From: Puniceicoccales bacterium
GTDB taxonomy: Bacteria; Verrucomicrobiota; Verrucomicrobiia; Opitutales; LL51
DNA length: 64,000 bases
Reading direction: 5' to 3'
NCBI GenBank assembly: GCA_031255005.1
Contig: JAIRTH010000016.1
Location: 5,859-69,858 of the forward strand
Shown: positions 61,221-64,000 of the stretch, one piece after another
Layout: each line of letters opens with the position of its first letter
Position numbering within the stretch: the stretch's first letter is position 1
The notes under the pieces: generated by a model
What the model saw: the letters and a program-made list of their open reading frames with translations, nothing else
Database searches by the model: none
What the model was told of the DNA's origin: nothing
Position numbers and translations under genes: made by a program

Positions 61221-61892
61221 CTAATCAATAAGAGCAGCAACCTGCTCTATCTGAACAGCTCGGCTTTGGAGCTTATCGGCCTTAGCACCGCTGACACCAT
61301 TTATAAGCAACTGCACACCTAAAGCTACCATGAATAAAGAAGACAATTTATAACCCAATTTTAATATGGTTGGATTTAACCACCGAGCACCGATGGTGGC
61401 AATTTTGAAAAACCCATAGATGCATAACATGACGCAGGTTACAGCCAACACACATCCAATTATTTGCATAATACCAGTGGCTCGGGTTCGCTCCTCAACG
61501 GAAATGGCAACCACCAAAGGACCGGCTATAATGGGAACTCCCAGCGGCGCTATCGCTATGTCAGGCTTGCCTCTCAATGCCTTATCTTTCACTCCTTCGG
61601 CAACTTTTTCCGTCGGATCTTGCCCCCGTAACATACCGAAACCGACCACAATAAATAGCAACCCACTGGCAATGCTGAACGAATTGACGCCTATGCCCAA
61701 TGCTTTAAAAACCCATTCACCAGTAATGGAAAAAAACATTAGCACAATCCAACCCACAAGACATCCAATCCGTGCCGTCATCATTTTTTCTTTCTCCGTA
61801 TAATGTGGAGTCATATTAATATACAACACGATGGCTGCTAACGGCCCACTGGCTACGAAAATTTTCTTAAACAACTCAATAAAAAACTCCAT
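61221..61892 (-). CDS. MarC-family (UPF0056) integral membrane protein
   Basis: About 6 TM segments. Length and pattern (GPLAAIVLYINMT, IAPLGVPIIAGP) are typical of MarC/UPF0056. Confidence 0.65.
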   Translation of the reverse strand: MEFFIELFKKIFVASGPLAAIVLYINMTPHYTEKEKMMTARIGCLVGWIVLMFFSITGEWVFKALGIGVNSFSIASGLLFIVVGFGMLRGQDPTEKVAEGVKDKALRGKPDIAIAPLGVPIIAGPLVVAISVEERTRATGIMQIIGCVLAVTCVMLCIYGFFKIATIGARWLNPTILKLGYKLSSLFMVALGVQLLINGVSGAKADKLQSRAVQIEQVAALID

Positions 61893-62053
61893 TTTTCAAT
61901 ATATATGCCAAATTATGACACCTATGGAACAAGTCAAGTAAATTATTATGCGCACTCCAAGCCATTCCACATCATAAATTTTAATCGCAATTACATCGAT
62001 ACAAAATTTATTTATTGCAAAATACATATAATTATTTGCGTCATTCATAGTCT

Positions 62054-62130
62054 CGGGGCGTAGCTCAGTCTGGCAGAGCGCATGTTTTGGGTACATGATG
62101 TCATCGGTTCGAACCCGGTCGCCCCGACCA
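62054..62130 (+). tRNA. tRNA-Pro (UGG)
   Basis: CGGGGCG acceptor pairing with CGCCCCG, then A-CCA. Anticodon arm CATGT-TTTGGGT-ACATG, T arm ATCGG-TTCGAAC-CCGGT. Confidence 0.9.
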
Positions 62131-62292
62131 AAGGATGATTTCAGTTTATTATTTAATTTATTAACAAATACAGTGGATTATAATCAGCAAAATACTTTTC
62201 GATCCATGATCAACCTAATCTTGCTTTGCATAGATTTAGTGAATAATCCGCCATTGCTTATATAAATTAAACGCCACCATGTTTTCCATGCA

Positions 62293-63117
62293 ATGAATAA
62301 CAAACTTCCGATCAGCATTGTGTTAATAGCTAGCAACGAAGAAAAAAACATAGCTCGTTGCCTGAAAAGCGTTTATACCTGGGTTGAGGAAATTATCGTT
62401 GTCGTAAACGATTGCACCGACCGCACCGTTGAAATTGCGGAAAGCTACGGGGCCACCGTGGTGGAGCATCCTTGGCAAAACTTTCGCGATCAAAAAAATT
62501 TCGCTAAACAACTCGCCACCAAGGAATGGATTCTATCCATTGATGCCGATGAAGTTGTGTCAGATGAACTTAGGTCATCCATATTAATGTTTGTGGTGAA
62601 CAACGATAGGCGCTACAATGGAGCTTTTTTCAAGAGATTGGTATTTTTTCTAGGAAAATGGATCCACCATGGAGATTGGTATCCCGATCACTGTCAACGA
62701 CTTTTCCGCAGAGATTGCGGCTATTGGAGCGGCGGCCTTGTCCATGAATATCTAAAGGTATCCGGCAATGTTAAGTCACTAAACGGCAACTTGCTACATT
62801 ACACATATGATTCAGTTAAAGAGCATGTGGAAGTGATGATAAAATATACAGATTTATTCATAGAAGATAACAAGGACAAACCAGTCAACCTTCTAACTGC
62901 TGCATTCCGCTCGGTTTGGAAATTTTTTCGCTGCTACATAATAAAACTCGGCTTCTTAGATGGCATCCAAGGTATATATATAGCCATGGCCCAAGGATTT
63001 TTCACACTATATAAGTACATCCATCTGACAGAATATCAAAACGCAAAAATTAAACAGCGCCTCATCAACCAACATTCTGATGATCAGCAAGATCCGAATC
63101 AGGATTCCATGAAATGA
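62293..63117 (+). CDS. family 2 glycosyltransferase (LPS core WaaE/KdtX-like)
   Basis: ISIVLIASNEEKNIARCL, SIDADE (DxD-type), and a C-terminal FLDGIQG helix typical of this GT2 subgroup. Confidence 0.8.
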   Translation: MNNKLPISIVLIASNEEKNIARCLKSVYTWVEEIIVVVNDCTDRTVEIAESYGATVVEHPWQNFRDQKNFAKQLATKEWILSIDADEVVSDELRSSILMFVVNNDRRYNGAFFKRLVFFLGKWIHHGDWYPDHCQRLFRRDCGYWSGGLVHEYLKVSGNVKSLNGNLLHYTYDSVKEHVEVMIKYTDLFIEDNKDKPVNLLTAAFRSVWKFFRCYIIKLGFLDGIQGIYIAMAQGFFTLYKYIHLTEYQNAKIKQRLINQHSDDQQDPNQDSMK

Positions 63118-64000
63118 GATGCCACTGGCGGAAAACCATTGAACCCCACCGATGCATAACTGGATGTATAGGCACCGGCAGTCAACCAATAAATCCGGTC
63201 GCCAATGTCTATGTGCCTCGGCAATGGATTCCTAAATGTCTCATACATAATATCTTGACTATCACAAGTAGGCCCTGCAATTATAAAATCCTCTACCAAA
63301 CGACCGGCACTCTCGCAAAACAACGGGTACTTAATACTCTCTTCCATCGTCTCCATCAAGCCATTAAATTTTCCAGCATCGGTATATAACCAAGTGTCGA
63401 CACCAAAGGAAGATTTTTTTGAAATAAGCACAACTTCAGTGACCAAAATGCCAGCATCGGCCACCAATGAACGTCCTGGTTCCAATATTATATGAGGCAA
63501 ATTTTCACCAAAATCCTCTGTCAGATAACGATTTACCTCACTTGCATAGGTCGACATCTCCGGAGTCCGAGAGATATAGGAAGCCGGAAATCCGCCCCCC
63601 ATGTTTATCAACGAAAGCGGAATTTTTTCGGTCTCAAGATAATCAAATATATACCTAACTCGACTTATGGACGAATCCCAGGCCCCAATCTCTCTTTGCT
63701 GAGATCCCACATGGAACGAAACACCTTTCGCCTTCAATCCCAATTTGTTAGCAAGCATAAGCAAATCTATGGCCATGTCCGGATGGCAACCAAATTTCTT
63801 CGATAACGGCCAATCAGCGGTGGAACTGTGCTCGGCAAGAATTCTCAAAAAAATATCTGAACCCGGCGCCACTGCTGCAAGATTTCTTATGTCCGCTTCG
63901 CTATCCGAAGCAAAAAGGCGTATCCCCTTGGCATAGGCATACTCCACATGAGCCTTCTTTTTAATGGTATTTCCATAGCTTATTCTATCTGGCGGAACAC
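63099..64000 (-). CDS. fold-type III PLP-dependent decarboxylase, ODC/L-ODC-like (5' end outside window)
   Basis: SFHVGSQQ, MGGGFP, GPTCDSQD and AGAYTSSYASVGFNGF. The reading frame stays open upstream of the GTG at 63947 to the window edge (…PPDRISYGNTIKKKAH…), so the gene is truncated by the window. Confidence 0.85.
   Translation of the reverse strand, partial: VPPDRISYGNTIKKKAHVEYAYAKGIRLFASDSEADIRNLAAVAPGSDIFLRILAEHSSTADWPLSKKFGCHPDMAIDLLMLANKLGLKAKGVSFHVGSQQREIGAWDSSISRVRYIFDYLETEKIPLSLINMGGGFPASYISRTPEMSTYASEVNRYLTEDFGENLPHIILEPGRSLVADAGILVTEVVLISKKSSFGVDTWLYTDAGKFNGLMETMEESIKYPLFCESAGRLVEDFIIAGPTCDSQDIMYETFRNPLPRHIDIGDRIYWLTAGAYTSSYASVGFNGFPPVASHFMES

Overview
Gene-dense, AT-rich bacterial chromosome segment that looks like a reduced, host-associated genome. 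No transposase, integrase, phage, CRISPR or rRNA genes were seen. The backbone is housekeeping: dnaG-rpoD, miaB-lysS, an RNR large-subunit homolog, rarA, ispG, sufC-sufB, ftsH-tilS-LOG, rho, ruvA, ffh, a tail-specific protease, ispF, dnaK-groES-groEL, dnaE, tig-clpP, dxr, a plant-type GDP-mannose 3,5-epimerase homolog, a GT2 glycosyltransferase and a partial ODC-type decarboxylase. There are four tRNAs: Ile2-like CAU, Met CAU, Arg CCU and Pro UGG. Taxonomy cannot be fixed from this window. Two orphan prepilin-type proteins and the sigma-70 architecture are compatible with a PVC-type lineage, but that is only a hint. The most interesting content is three islets that look AT-richer by eye (about 14.3-16.3 kb, 18.6-23.0 kb and 55.1-57.3 kb). 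They encode roughly nine orphan proteins with signal-peptide-like N-termini and short eukaryote-type motifs. Two adjacent proteins end in CaaX prenylation boxes (CNLL*, CIFL*). Several carry long polybasic, NLS-like tracts. One has a weak CxD/NEL-like pattern. One tandem paralog pair differs by 81-bp in-frame repeats. I read these as a candidate host-targeted secreted effector repertoire; this is inference. Other notable observations are listed here. The full-length RNR homolog lacks the active-site Cys/Asn/Glu. A PFK-family protein has most catalytic motifs substituted. DnaG has 3 of 4 zinc ligands replaced. A 144-bp tandem repeat with a conserved palindrome abuts tRNA-Arg. A TTGACA-like hexamer sits 37-38 nt upstream of six start codons. 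All homology statements rest on motif recognition from memory; no database search was possible.
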